A stretch of DNA of 64,000 nt from Blastocatellia bacterium UBA7656 (GTDB lineage Bacteria; Acidobacteriota; Blastocatellia; UBA7656), in contig DLHY01000054.1 in the NCBI GenBank assembly GCA_002483445.1, positions 9,149-73,148 of the forward strand, written 5' to 3'. The position numbers and the translations under genes were made by a program. Each line of letters starts with the position of its first letter. The stretch's first letter is position 1. Positions 51,182 through 61,278 of the stretch are shown here, piece after piece. The notes beneath the pieces were generated by a model. That model saw only the letters and a program-made list of their open reading frames with translations. It was not told the origin of the DNA and did no database searches.

Positions 51182-52300
51182 ATGAAAAAAGAGACGGGAA
51201 AGAAAATCGCTAGAGTTATTTCAAGCTACTCCATCCTTATAGCCCTTTCACTCCTGACCGTCGCGCAACCGACGACAAATCCTGCAACGTCAAACAATCG
51301 TCGAGCGCCTGCCTCGCGCTCGACCGTGAAACCTGTTCATTCGGTTGCGGCAACCGTCGAGACTCATCCGGTGCCGAACGCAGAGGACGCGGCAGACGAT
51401 TCCGCAATCTGGATCGATCAGGCGGATGCTTCCCGCAGCGCGATCATCGGCACAGATAAACAGGGCGGGATTGCGGTCTACGATCTGGCAGGCAATCAAA
51501 TTCAGTATTTGCCCGATGGAAAAATGAATAATGTTGATATTCGAGCGGGCTTTCCTCTGGGCGGCCAGTCAGTGGCTCTGGTCGCGGCCAGCAATCGAAG
51601 CGACGACACCATAGCCCTCTATCGCATGAATCCTTCCACTCGAATGCTTGAAGATGTCGCAGCAAGGCGCGTGAAAACCCTCATGGCTTACGGCTGCTGT
51701 ATGTACCGCAGCGCGAAGACCGGAAAGTTCTACTACTTCGTCAACGACAAGTTCGGCAATGTGGAGCAGTGGGAGTTGTTCGATAACGGCGAAGGCAAAG
51801 TAGACGCCAAGCGGGTTCGTACGCTCAAACTCGCCACTCAGGTTGAAGGATGTGTGGCCGATGACGATCTCGGATATTTTTACATAGGCGAAGAGAACGT
51901 GGGCATCTGGAAATATCGGGCAGAGCCGAACGGCGGAAGAAGGCGCACACTCGTAGACAGTACCGGCCCGCGAGGTCATCTGGCCGCTGATGTCGAGGGG
52001 CTGACAATCGCTTATGGGAAAAATGGAAAGGGTTATCTCATAGCCTCCAGTCAGGGCGACAATTCATACATCATCTACAGGCGCGAGGGAAGAAATCGAT
52101 ATGTGAAGACTTTTCGCATAATCGCCGACAACGGCATAGATGAAGTCGGTAACACCGATGGCATTGACGTGACGACAGCCAGTCTCGGCCCGGCTTTCCC
52201 GCGCGGCGTCTTTATAGCTCAGGACGGATTGAACGAAGGCCATAATCAGAATTTCAAACTGGTGCCATGGCACCTCATAACAGGCGAGACTCTGCCCTAA
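51182..52300 (+). CDS. Beta-propeller 3-phytase
   Basis: [53 protein letters not shown]. Confidence 0.92.
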   Translation: MKKETGKKIARVISSYSILIALSLLTVAQPTTNPATSNNRRAPASRSTVKPVHSVAATVETHPVPNAEDAADDSAIWIDQADASRSAIIGTDKQGGIAVYDLAGNQIQYLPDGKMNNVDIRAGFPLGGQSVALVAASNRSDDTIALYRMNPSTRMLEDVAARRVKTLMAYGCCMYRSAKTGKFYYFVNDKFGNVEQWELFDNGEGKVDAKRVRTLKLATQVEGCVADDDLGYFYIGEENVGIWKYRAEPNGGRRRTLVDSTGPRGHLAADVEGLTIAYGKNGKGYLIASSQGDNSYIIYRREGRNRYVKTFRIIADNGIDEVGNTDGIDVTTASLGPAFPRGVFIAQDGLNEGHNQNFKLVPWHLITGETLP

Positions 52301-52428
52301 GCTTGTACGAAGATTTCAAAGGGTGAATAAAGCAGGCGGCGATTTTCGAGAGCGAAGGTGTTGCCTCAAACGCCTGCTTTGTTCGATACTGCTCGCTCAG
52401 GAAAATTCAACCGGCTTTGAGGTAGAAA

Positions 52429-53073
52429 GTGGAGAGCTTGGAAGACAAACAGAAAACGCGCAAAATAATAAGCCTTCTCAAAAAGGCTTATCCTGATGCC
52501 CGGTGCAGTTTGAATTTCACAAACCCGCTTGAGCTTCTAATCGCCACCATACTTTCTGCCCAATGCACCGATGAAAGAGTCAACATCGTCACCCGCGATC
52601 TGTTCAGAAAATATCGCTCATCGGATGAATATGTGAAAGTTTCGCGCGAAGAAATGGAACAGGATATTCGCTCGACGGGCTTTTATCGCAACAAGGCCCG
52701 TTCGATTCAGGGCGCGTGCGAAATAATTTCTCAAAAACATAAAGGCCGCGTGCCTGATAGGGTTGAAGAACTGCTCGCGCTGCCTGGAGTTGCGCGCAAA
52801 ACGGCGAACGTCGTTTTAGGCAACGCATTCGGCATAGCATCGGGCGTCGTCGTCGACACGCACGTTGAAAGGCTCACTCGAAGATTGGGGCTGACCGAAC
52901 AGAAACAGCCTGAAAAAATAGAGCGCGATTTGATCGAACTTGTTCCCAAACGAGACTGGATCGATTTTTCTCACCTCCTGATTTATCACGGTCGACGGGT
53001 GTGCAAGGCCCGCGCGCCGTTGTGCGAAGAGTGTGTGATAGAAAAACTCTGCCCGTCATCCCTGCTCAGATGA
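52429..53073 (+). CDS. nth: Endonuclease III
   Basis: ILSAQCTD, LPGVARKTANVVL, VDTHV, CKARAPLCEECVIEKLC Fe-S motif. Confidence 0.96.
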   Translation: MESLEDKQKTRKIISLLKKAYPDARCSLNFTNPLELLIATILSAQCTDERVNIVTRDLFRKYRSSDEYVKVSREEMEQDIRSTGFYRNKARSIQGACEIISQKHKGRVPDRVEELLALPGVARKTANVVLGNAFGIASGVVVDTHVERLTRRLGLTEQKQPEKIERDLIELVPKRDWIDFSHLLIYHGRRVCKARAPLCEECVIEKLCPSSLLR

Positions 53074-53120
53074 AATCGTTTCAGCCTGTTTCTCTATGTC
53101 TGTGATTGGCAGGCCCGTTA

Positions 53121-54347
53121 TCATCTGCGACCGGCCTCCTCCCTCAAGCAGAACAACCGGCGGCCGGTGCGAATCAGCAGCGCGTTATCGACCGAGGCGA
53201 CACCATAAACGCGGCCTTCGATGGTCAGATGGTTTTGGGCGAGCCGTTCGACCTTATCGCCTGCGCGCAAAACCTGTGTGTTGCCATCCATGGTGAAGAA
53301 ATAGATGCGGTCGCCGACGGCGAGCGGTGAAGCCCAGCAATCACCTTCGATGCGCGTGTTCCAAATCTCCGCGCCGGTCTGCAAATCCAGACAGAAAACC
53401 ACGCCTACTCTGTTGACGAAATAAACGCGCCCCTGATAAACCAGCGGCGAAGCGTGAAGGGTAGTAGCGTTCGCGGCTCGCCACGCGATTTGTTTGTCGG
53501 TGATGTCTCCCGCGCCGCCGAGTCGCACTGCGAGGTTCGAACCTTTATCGGTCGAACCGATCACCACCAGACTGTCGCTCACCGAAGGCGATGGAATCGT
53601 ATTGTTTTTCAGTCCGTTGACGACCCATATCTCTTTGCCGCTTGCGGTGTCATAGGCTGCGACTCTGCCGCTGGTGCTGATGACGATTTGCGCGCGCCCC
53701 TGATAAGTAGTGATGACCGGCGTCGCCCACGAAACGCTTTGCGGAAGATCAGTCTTCCAGATATTTTTGCCCGTCGTTTTATCAATCGAGAGCATATAAC
53801 AAGGCCCCTCGCGATCCGCAATCAGCGTGATGATGGCCTGCTCGGTCAGCGCGATGGAACTGCCAAGCCCATGCAGGTTTTTGAAATCGCCATACTCGCG
53901 CGCCAGTTCGCGCCGCCACAGCAATTTGCCTTGATGATCGAAAGCGAAGAGGTCGCCGCTCTCGAAAAAAACGAAGAGCCGATGGCGATCAACAGCAGGC
54001 GTGGGCGCAGCTTTGCTGCGGATGTGCAAATCTTTCATGGCGAGACTCGAAGCGTACTCGCGCGTCCACAGCAGGCGACCTGACTTCAGTTCGATGCCGG
54101 TGATGAAGAGTTTTTCTTTGTTCTCGCCAGCCATTGAAGTCACGAAAACCTTGTCGCGCCACACGACCGGGCTTGATTGACCGTAGCCGGGAAGGTTCGC
54201 CGTCCATGCGAGGTTTTTGCTGTCCGACCATTCGAGCGGCAGGTTGCGCGCGTCGCTGTGCGAGTCGCCGCTGCCGCGAAATCCCGGCCAGTTGTTTTGC
54301 GCCGGTCCGAGCGTGAGTGAAAGCAAACAAGCCAATATCCAATTCAT
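53121..54347 (-). CDS. Exported PQQ-like beta-propeller protein
   Basis: NWPGFRG, GQSSPVVW, repeated TGK/SGK-x-x-W blades. Confidence 0.85.
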   Translation of the reverse strand: MNWILACLLSLTLGPAQNNWPGFRGSGDSHSDARNLPLEWSDSKNLAWTANLPGYGQSSPVVWRDKVFVTSMAGENKEKLFITGIELKSGRLLWTREYASSLAMKDLHIRSKAAPTPAVDRHRLFVFFESGDLFAFDHQGKLLWRRELAREYGDFKNLHGLGSSIALTEQAIITLIADREGPCYMLSIDKTTGKNIWKTDLPQSVSWATPVITTYQGRAQIVISTSGRVAAYDTASGKEIWVVNGLKNNTIPSPSVSDSLVVIGSTDKGSNLAVRLGGAGDITDKQIAWRAANATTLHASPLVYQGRVYFVNRVGVVFCLDLQTGAEIWNTRIEGDCWASPLAVGDRIYFFTMDGNTQVLRAGDKVERLAQNHLTIEGRVYGVASVDNALLIRTGRRLFCLREEAGRR

Positions 54348-54596
54348 CAGTTTATCCTTGCGGCGGGGCAGTTGCTCGCCGCCGTGCATTGACAGGTTAT
54401 AACACTGCGAGCGTCAGTGTTGTCAGTACCACCTACGGTAGCGGGCGGGTACAAGTTCTATATAACTAAACACTGCGCGGCGGTAAACAACTGCAACACT
54501 GTCACAGTGAGACGGCGCGATTCGGCGGCGCTCGCCGATTCCGTCGTGCGGGTGACTTCATTGGTGAGGTGGATTTAAGCGCGTCATTTAGGCGAA

Positions 54597-55490
54597 TCAG
54601 AATGAAGACTTGCCGTCCTTCATCCAGTCGCGCGTCATGTCGCACCAGAGCGCAAGCCCGCGCCAGTGATTGAAGCGCGAGTAATACTGCTCGATCTTTT
54701 TATCTTTCGCCGCCCGCCCGCCATTGTGAAGGCGCGCAAACTTCGCCCGCACCCACGAATCCAGAGCAAGCCCTTCGTAGCGACCGACGAGCTTCAATAA
54801 ATTCTCAGCCGCATAATCGCCTACGCCTTTCACCCGCTTCATCTCGCGCTTGAGTTCCGCTGTGGGTTCGTCGCTTGCGAGCCAGCTTTCAACATCGAGT
54901 TCGCCCGAAGCCACCCGCTCGGCAAGCTCCTTGAGATAAGGAGCGCGATACCCCGCTCGCACTTCATCGCGATAAAACTTCTCGGGTTGAGAGGCCATTT
55001 CTTGCGCAGTGGGAAATGCGCGGCGGCGGTCGTTCGACTCGCGGCCAAGCGCGGCGACGAGGCTCCGCACCATTTTGTCCGTCAGCGACCACGAGCAGTT
55101 GGTCGTGCAGATAGTTTTCACGAGGTCTTCGAATACGGTAGGCGAGCGGAGCAATCGCCCGGCCCCTTCCGTTTCGACCCATTGAAAATCGGCATCCCGC
55201 GAGATGAGGCGATAAAACTCGCTCATATCGTCATCGAGGCGGAGCATGTGGCGAGTATCGCGCTCTATCTTTTCGAGCGCGCGACGGCTTGCTTTATCCG
55301 GCGCCTGGATTTTGACTGCGCGACGAGTGTGAGTGATCGTGACTGTAAAGGCGCGATCATCGAGAGCGATCACTCTGGTGAGAGTCCAGTTTTGAGGATC
55401 GATTTCGAAGGGCGGCAGTTCGCTCCATCCGTGACTGATAGCCGTCCGCTTGAAGCTGAAATCTTTCGGGGTGCGAAGGAGAATTTCCAT
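54597..55490 (-). CDS. HhH-GPD DNA glycosylase (OGG1/AlkA-like)
   Basis: LLRSPTVFEDLVKTICTTN, AFPT, VKGVGDYAA, LDSWV. Confidence 0.82.
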   Translation of the reverse strand: MEILLRTPKDFSFKRTAISHGWSELPPFEIDPQNWTLTRVIALDDRAFTVTITHTRRAVKIQAPDKASRRALEKIERDTRHMLRLDDDMSEFYRLISRDADFQWVETEGAGRLLRSPTVFEDLVKTICTTNCSWSLTDKMVRSLVAALGRESNDRRRAFPTAQEMASQPEKFYRDEVRAGYRAPYLKELAERVASGELDVESWLASDEPTAELKREMKRVKGVGDYAAENLLKLVGRYEGLALDSWVRAKFARLHNGGRAAKDKKIEQYYSRFNHWRGLALWCDMTRDWMKDGKSSF

Positions 55491-55501
55491 GATTTGAATC
55501 T

Positions 55502-55798
55502 CTACAAAAGGTCATCGTCGAGGTCGATCAGTTCATCAGCCTGCTCAAGTTCGAAGTACTGGTCGAAGGTTTCAGCCGAGCGCGGCAGGTCTACGCCGCT
55601 CGAATAAAACAGGTATTCGAGGAACCGCTCTTTCGCCTGCCTCAAGTCATCGATTATATCCTGGCCGAATCCGCCCTGAGTGATCGCGATGATCAGCTTC
55701 TGCGCTATCGGCTCTTCATCGTCGTTATGCGATCTGAGCAGTTCAAGGTAAGCGGGCTTGAACGCAACGACGTAGTAGGATTTCTCCATCTCGCTCAT
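55502..55798 (-). CDS. Hypothetical protein
   Basis: 98-aa ORF translationally coupled to the queF stop. Confidence 0.6.
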   Translation of the reverse strand: MSEMEKSYYVVAFKPAYLELLRSHNDDEEPIAQKLIIAITQGGFGQDIIDDLRQAKERFLEYLFYSSGVDLPRSAETFDQYFELEQADELIDLDDDLL

Positions 55799-56196
55799 TA
55801 TGGTTTCCTGTACGACGCGCGGATTACGGTATGGATATTGCCGCGCACATTGAAATCGCCTTCGATATCGACCCTCAACGGATCACAGGCGCGCGTGAAG
55901 TCTTCGAGTATGCGATTGATGACGTGTTCGTGAAATATCTTCACCTGTCGAAACGAGTTGATGTAGAGCTTGAGCGATTTCAACTCCACGCATCGTTCGT
56001 TGGGCGTGTAATCGATTTTGATCGTCGCGAAATCCGGGAAATCAGAAAACGGGCAGATGGCCGTGAATTCGGGACAGGTGAACGAAATGACTATCTCTTT
56101 GCCCTTGTGCTTGTACTCGAACGTGTCGAGCGGATACAGATTCATTTCTTCCGCGGGAGTTTCTTCAATCACCAGTCCCGTATCAGGAGCGTCCAT
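55798..56196 (-). CDS. queF: NADPH-dependent 7-cyano-7-deazaguanine (preQ0) reductase, type I
   Basis: PEFTAICP...[21 protein letters not shown]. Confidence 0.93.
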   Translation of the reverse strand: MDAPDTGLVIEETPAEEMNLYPLDTFEYKHKGKEIVISFTCPEFTAICPFSDFPDFATIKIDYTPNERCVELKSLKLYINSFRQVKIFHEHVINRILEDFTRACDPLRVDIEGDFNVRGNIHTVIRASYRKP

Positions 56197-56213
56197 AATG
56201 TTTCCTCAGAAAG

Positions 56214-56294
56214 AAGTCTGGAGTCGAGAGTCTGGAGTCCGTTATATGGAGTCGTCACCTGTTTTTCATACTTTCAGGGCGTCGCCTCTGACGA
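56214..56294. repeat. Dispersed ~80-bp repeat, second copy
   Basis: About 7 mismatches to 28728-28808, same orientation. Confidence 0.85.
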
Positions 56295-56413
56295 AAGGGC
56301 AGACTCCTCAGAACAGGTACAGCAGGCTGGCAGCCTGCTGGTTCCCCGATTCTTCTACTTTCCGTGCGTCAACAGGCTGGCTGACGGTTCTATCGGGCGC
56401 CTTCTCTCGAAAA

Positions 56414-56504
56414 AGATGCCAGGTGTTAGAGGTCAGATGTTCGTGGAAGCGGCTTCGCTTCTGCTCTCTGGTTACTAACATCTGACATCCAGCATCTAGC
56501 ATCT
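56414..56504. repeat. Heptamer (AGATGTY-like) tandem-inverted palindrome
   Basis: agatgccaggtgttagaggtcagatgt...ctaacatctgacatccagcatctagcatct. Confidence 0.75.
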
Positions 56505-56541
56505 TCTCGGTTGAAAGTGTAGCAGTCGCAAAGACGCGGCT

Positions 56542-58257
56542 TCAACCATCCGAGCTTTCTTTCTCGTCAACGGGAGGGAGCGGTCTGGACTCGCGGCTCA
56601 CAGCGCGCAGCAGAAGGTAAAGGAGAGCGGATAGGACGGGCGCGCCTGCGAGAATCATCCAGTAAGGAATGATGCCCTTCACTCCTAACCATTGCGCGCC
56701 TCCGAGGAAAATAGCGACTATGAATGCCGACATGACGATCATCAGATTGCGCGAGGTCTGCTGCCCCTTCTGATACTTTGTCGAAAGCGGAATCACTTCG
56801 CGGAACGTGAACGAGACCATAAGAGTAGCCGGCGCGATGGCTATCCACGGCGCGATGACCAGAAACGCATGTAAGGGATCGCGCCACAAAGCCGCATAAA
56901 ACGCAAACAGGATGATGAACTCAGGCAAAACGATCAACATCAATACCACTTTTCTCATGCCTTGATGAATCTCTCCGAGATGCGAGACAGGCGCGATGCG
57001 AAAGATATAGGCGGCTCTGTAGTGTTCGGAAAATATCAGTCCTTCGACTGCCGTTTGCCCGATGAAGCAGACGAAGGCCGGCCCCATGACCGAATAAAGA
57101 CTCAGGCCGCCTTTTATGAGCGGATCGACCTGAAGGAACGGATCGGGCAGTCCTTCGGTGATCAAGGCGATGAACGGAAAAACTATGAAGTAGGCAAGCG
57201 ACGGGTAGAGCCGCACTCTCGTTTCGCGGTTGCGTTTGAGATAAACCAGCGCGAGATCGAAAACCGCGCGCTCTGCGGGGCGGCGCAGGATCGCCGTTTT
57301 TATCGCGCCCATCAATCCGATTCTGTTTTGAGAAAATTTCAATCGCTCGCCTTCGGTCGTCCGCCTGGGCCTGTCGGCGGAGATGCCCGACATCTGCGAG
57401 GAATACCCGGCGGCGACTTTGCGCAATGCGATAAAGCCGAGAGTGATTATCGACAAAATCGAGACAGCCGACAGCCCCAGCGTGAGCGCATTGATTTCTC
57501 CCATCACTAACATCGTCAGTCCGGCAAACCATGTGGGCGGAAACAGCAGCAGATACCAGCGAAGCTGGGTGTTCGCGCCGAACTGATATTTTTCAACCAG
57601 GCGCGGCATCACCTGATAGCCGAGGATGAAAAACATCGCAAGCCCGACCTGACAGTAGGTTATGATGCTGTCGAATCTCTCGCGGCTGACATACCTCATG
57701 AGCAATCCGTAAACAGTCACGATCAGCGCGGAGGCAAAGACTGCCATAGCGACGGAAGAAATAAGATGAGCCGGTATGAAGAGCCAGCCTGAGCGCGTGG
57801 CGGCGATCCCGCAGATGGTCGGAAACAGATTCGCAGGAATGGCCAGCAGCAGCGTGAAGGCAAACAGGTTTATGATCTTCGCAAGAAAAATGGTTCTCGA
57901 CCCGATGGGCAGATGGCCGATGACATCCGCTTCCGATTCGTTGAACAGCACGTTGCCCGACTCGATGACGATTGCAAGCGCGACGACTATCAGCGTGAAG
58001 CTCAACGCGAGGATGGAATAGAAGAGGACATCTGCGCCGGTGAAGGCGATCATCCCGACTATCAAACCCATGATCGAATAAGTGCCGACCAGCATCAGCA
58101 AAGCCCAGTTGGTTTTGATGTACTGGTTTTTATCGGGACGCATGGCGGCCTTGCCGCTTCGCAAGTCCTGCTTGAAGTAAACCGCGAGCAGCGCCTTTAC
58201 GTGCCGCCAGTCTACGGGCAGTTTGTCGACAGGCGTGATGGGTGTGAGCGTGTCCAT
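56542..58257 (-). CDS. ABC transporter permease (ABC-2-like, duplicated)
   Basis: Many TM segments; EADVIGHLPIGSRTIFLAK; directly follows the ABC ATPase. Confidence 0.8.
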   Translation of the reverse strand: MDTLTPITPVDKLPVDWRHVKALLAVYFKQDLRSGKAAMRPDKNQYIKTNWALLMLVGTYSIMGLIVGMIAFTGADVLFYSILALSFTLIVVALAIVIESGNVLFNESEADVIGHLPIGSRTIFLAKIINLFAFTLLLAIPANLFPTICGIAATRSGWLFIPAHLISSVAMAVFASALIVTVYGLLMRYVSRERFDSIITYCQVGLAMFFILGYQVMPRLVEKYQFGANTQLRWYLLLFPPTWFAGLTMLVMGEINALTLGLSAVSILSIITLGFIALRKVAAGYSSQMSGISADRPRRTTEGERLKFSQNRIGLMGAIKTAILRRPAERAVFDLALVYLKRNRETRVRLYPSLAYFIVFPFIALITEGLPDPFLQVDPLIKGGLSLYSVMGPAFVCFIGQTAVEGLIFSEHYRAAYIFRIAPVSHLGEIHQGMRKVVLMLIVLPEFIILFAFYAALWRDPLHAFLVIAPWIAIAPATLMVSFTFREVIPLSTKYQKGQQTSRNLMIVMSAFIVAIFLGGAQWLGVKGIIPYWMILAGAPVLSALLYLLLRAVSRESRPLPPVDEKESSDG

Positions 58258-58258
58258 T

Positions 58259-59029
58259 TCAAAAGCTGAAGGTTCTGGAAAACTCTTCCGCTCGCTCTTC
58301 TACGTCGGTGTGCGAGGTGAGCTTGTTGAAGATGCGCTCAAGCGATCCTTCGCCGCTCGCCTCCTGAAGTTGGGAGAGCGTGCCGTCAGCGACTATACGG
58401 CCCTGATCTATTATCACGATGCGGTCGCAGGTGCGCTCGACGACATCCATTATGTGCGAGCAGTAGAAAATCGTCTTCCCTTCGGCGGCGAGATTTTTGA
58501 TCAGAGTCTTGAACATCAGTTGAGTGCTTGCATCGAGGCCGTTGAGAGGCTCGTCGAAAAAAATCACTCGCGGGTTATGAATGAGAGAGGCTGATATGAC
58601 CACCTTTTGCCGCATACCCTTCGAATAGGCGGAGAGCAGTTTGTTGTCGAGCGTGTCCCGACCAAGCTCGAAGAAATCGGCGAACTTCAGCACGCGGTCA
58701 GCGATGAGCGCATCCGCGAGGCCGTAGAGTCGGCCCACCATTTCGAGGTATTCGCGGCCTGTGAGGGATTCGAAGACCGCGCCTGATTCGGGAACGTATC
58801 CGATGATGCGTTTGATGGCCAGTTGATCGCGCTGAAGATCGAGTCCGCAGATTTCAGCCCTCCCAATCGTGGGCGCGATCATGCCTGTGAGCATCTTCAC
58901 GGTAGTCGATTTGCCTGCGCCGTTCGGCCCCAGATAGCCGAGAAGTTGGCCCGGAGGAACAGTGAGACTGACGCGATCAACCGCAACAGTGCTGCCATAA
59001 ACTTTCGTCAGATTTTCCAGAACTATCAT
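58259..59029 (-). CDS. ABC transporter ATP-binding protein
   Basis: GPNGAGKST, YSKGMRQK, FFDEPLNGLD, CSH. Confidence 0.95.
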   Translation of the reverse strand: MIVLENLTKVYGSTVAVDRVSLTVPPGQLLGYLGPNGAGKSTTVKMLTGMIAPTIGRAEICGLDLQRDQLAIKRIIGYVPESGAVFESLTGREYLEMVGRLYGLADALIADRVLKFADFFELGRDTLDNKLLSAYSKGMRQKVVISASLIHNPRVIFFDEPLNGLDASTQLMFKTLIKNLAAEGKTIFYCSHIMDVVERTCDRIVIIDQGRIVADGTLSQLQEASGEGSLERIFNKLTSHTDVEERAEEFSRTFSF

Positions 59030-59038
59030 TAGCGTTTC

Positions 59039-59821
59039 TCAATCGTAATCGTAATGGCGAGGCTGCTCGCGTCGCCGCCGGAAGATGAATGAGAGTATCA
59101 ATCCCGCGACGAATCCTCCGATGTGGGCCATGTAGGCCACTCCGGCTGTTTGCGTAGTATTTTTAATCGAAGCGGTGTATTGACTGATGATCTGAATCAC
59201 GATCCAGAAACCCAGCACGACCATGGCAGGAAGTTCGACCGTCGTCCAGATGTAGCCGAGGGGCAGAATCGCGCGCACGCGATTGCGAGGGAACATCACC
59301 AGATACGCGCCAAGCACGCCCGCTATCGCGCCCGACGCGCCGAGAGAGGGGATGGGAGATTGAGGCTCGATGGCGATCTGAGCGAATGACGCAGCCACAC
59401 CACATACCAGATAAAAGATTATAAATTTCACATGGCCGAAGTTGTCTTCGAGGTTGTCGCCGAATATCCACAGGTAAAGCATGTTGCCGATGATATGCAT
59501 CCATCCGCCGTGCATAAACATCGCTGTAAGCAAAGTCAGATAGATCGGACTCGGCCCCGGCGCTTGAGGAATCGCAGGCAGTCGTCGCGCATCCGGTCGA
59601 CCGCGAGGCTCTTCCACATTCAGCCTTTGAGGTTCTTTCAGATCCTGGCCAGTGGTGATCTCTTTGGCCACCACCGAGTAGCCGTAGGTGAACCAGTCGC
59701 CACTCGGACTGCCTGCGCGCTGCAAAAACAAAAACACCAGAATGTTCAATGCGACGATGGCATAGACAACGAATGGAACGGTTCGCCTGCCGTAGTTGTC
59801 ATCTCCTATGGGTAGCAGCAT
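59039..59821 (-). CDS. Rhomboid intramembrane serine protease
   Basis: FMHGGWMHIIGNM, GASGA, AYMAHIGGF. Confidence 0.93.
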   Translation of the reverse strand: MLLPIGDDNYGRRTVPFVVYAIVALNILVFLFLQRAGSPSGDWFTYGYSVVAKEITTGQDLKEPQRLNVEEPRGRPDARRLPAIPQAPGPSPIYLTLLTAMFMHGGWMHIIGNMLYLWIFGDNLEDNFGHVKFIIFYLVCGVAASFAQIAIEPQSPIPSLGASGAIAGVLGAYLVMFPRNRVRAILPLGYIWTTVELPAMVVLGFWIVIQIISQYTASIKNTTQTAGVAYMAHIGGFVAGLILSFIFRRRREQPRHYDYD

Positions 59822-59829
59822 GTCTTGTC

Positions 59830-59960
59830 CAGATGTCAGATGTCAGATGTTAGATGTTAGATGTTAGAGAGGGCGACTTTATGTGAGTGCCTGCCTCAGT
59901 TGCGCGTCTGTCGAGCAAAAACTTCTTCCACTAACATCTGACATCTGACATCTAACATCT
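59830..59960. repeat. Heptamer (AGATGTY) tandem-inverted palindrome
   Basis: (agatgtc)2(agatgtt)3...ctaacatctgacatctgacatctaacatct. Confidence 0.88.
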
Positions 59961-59965
59961 TCCTT

Positions 59966-60835
59966 TCATTTCCCGCTCCACTTCAACTTGGTTCGCAGAA
60001 TTTCAAAATAATCTCGCTCCTTCGCGCGAATTATATTGAACGTTTTTTCGCTGCGACGGATTTCCACCAAATCACCGGCCCTTAGTCGCAGGCTCACCTG
60101 ACCGTCTGACGTGAGTATGACTTTCTGCGAGCGCGTTCTCAATCGAAGACTGATGCGCACGCTGTCAGGGAGAACGAGCGGGCGATTCGTCAGCGTGTGC
60201 GGACACAGCGGGCAGATGATCATCACCTCGGCTCCGGGAACGATGATCGGGCCGCCTGCCGAAAGATTGTACGCGGTCGAGCCTGTCGGAGTCGATATCA
60301 TCAGCCCGTCAGCCCTGTAGCCTGTCACGTGGTGAGAATCAACCGAGCAATCGATGTCGATTATTCTCGCCTCGGCAGCTTTCGTCACCACCACCTCGTT
60401 CAGCGAAGAGGCTGCGCCTCTCTCTACGCCGTCGCGCACAACGCGCCAGTCGAGCATCATCCTTGGGTCGGTGAGGTAATCTCCTCTCGCCACATCTTCG
60501 AGCGCACTCATAGCTTCTTCGACGGTGAATTCAGTGAGGTAGCCGAGCGTGCCCAGATTGACGCCCAAAACGGGAGTGCCTCGTCCGGCGACGACTCCTG
60601 CGGCGGTGATCATCGTCCCGTCTCCGCCCAAAACGATGAGCAGGTCTGCCTCCGCGCCGATCTTTTCGAGCGATGCGGGTTCTATGCCTGGGAGCCGTTG
60701 ATCGATATGATCGTTTATGAGAAGCCTGATCTGATTGTCTGCGGCCCAGGGAATGATCTTTTCCACTAGCTCGATTGCGCGAGGTTCAGCGGGTTTGGAT
60801 ATGACTCCGACTTGCGCCAGATGTTTGTCATTCAC
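59966..60835 (-). CDS. nadK: NAD kinase
   Basis: LGGDGT, NLGTLGYL, LNE, ADGLMISTPTGSTAYNLSAGGP. Confidence 0.95.
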   Translation of the reverse strand: MNDKHLAQVGVISKPAEPRAIELVEKIIPWAADNQIRLLINDHIDQRLPGIEPASLEKIGAEADLLIVLGGDGTMITAAGVVAGRGTPVLGVNLGTLGYLTEFTVEEAMSALEDVARGDYLTDPRMMLDWRVVRDGVERGAASSLNEVVVTKAAEARIIDIDCSVDSHHVTGYRADGLMISTPTGSTAYNLSAGGPIIVPGAEVMIICPLCPHTLTNRPLVLPDSVRISLRLRTRSQKVILTSDGQVSLRLRAGDLVEIRRSEKTFNIIRAKERDYFEILRTKLKWSGK

Positions 60836-60918
60836 GAACTGAACCTCCGTAAAAACGACGTTTCTTCATCGATCCCATACACAGCCGCGCGCCTGCCTCG
60901 ACCGCCTGGTCGCCAAGC

Positions 60919-61239
60919 TCAATCAGCCATTCGCGCGGCTTTGGCGATGTCTTCACCTGCAACGAGCAGGAACTCGTTTCTGGCTCCTTCCATACGACTC
61001 TGGCGATAGGGTTTGTACTCATCGCTCTCATAGAAAGCTTCTGCGGCATCTTTGGAGGGCCACTCGATGATGAGAAAAATCTGAGGAGCCTTTCGCTCGC
61101 CTTCGATCTTTTCAATTCTGGAGGTGCGAGCCAGATACCGACCGCCGCTTTGTTCAACGAGCTTCGTTACGTCCCTGACGTATGCCGGAACCCAACTCTG
61201 ATCAGTTATATCGATTTCTGCGACAGAATAATACTTCAC
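60919..61239 (-). CDS. DUF1330-family protein
   Basis: GGRYLAR...IIEWPSKDAAEAFYESDEY. Confidence 0.85.
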   Translation of the reverse strand: MKYYSVAEIDITDQSWVPAYVRDVTKLVEQSGGRYLARTSRIEKIEGERKAPQIFLIIEWPSKDAAEAFYESDEYKPYRQSRMEGARNEFLLVAGEDIAKAARMAD

Positions 61240-61278
61240 GTGATACCTCCCAACCTTCTTAGGAGTCGATGAAGATCG

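Noticed and set aside
54424-54452. REP-like half site agtaccacctacggtagcgggcgggtac
   Set aside because: Single copy in the window with no partner arm or transposase, so it cannot be supported here
56197-56541. preQ1 riboswitch upstream of queF
   Set aside because: No small stem with the characteristic loop and A-rich tail on the minus strand; the region is occupied by repeats
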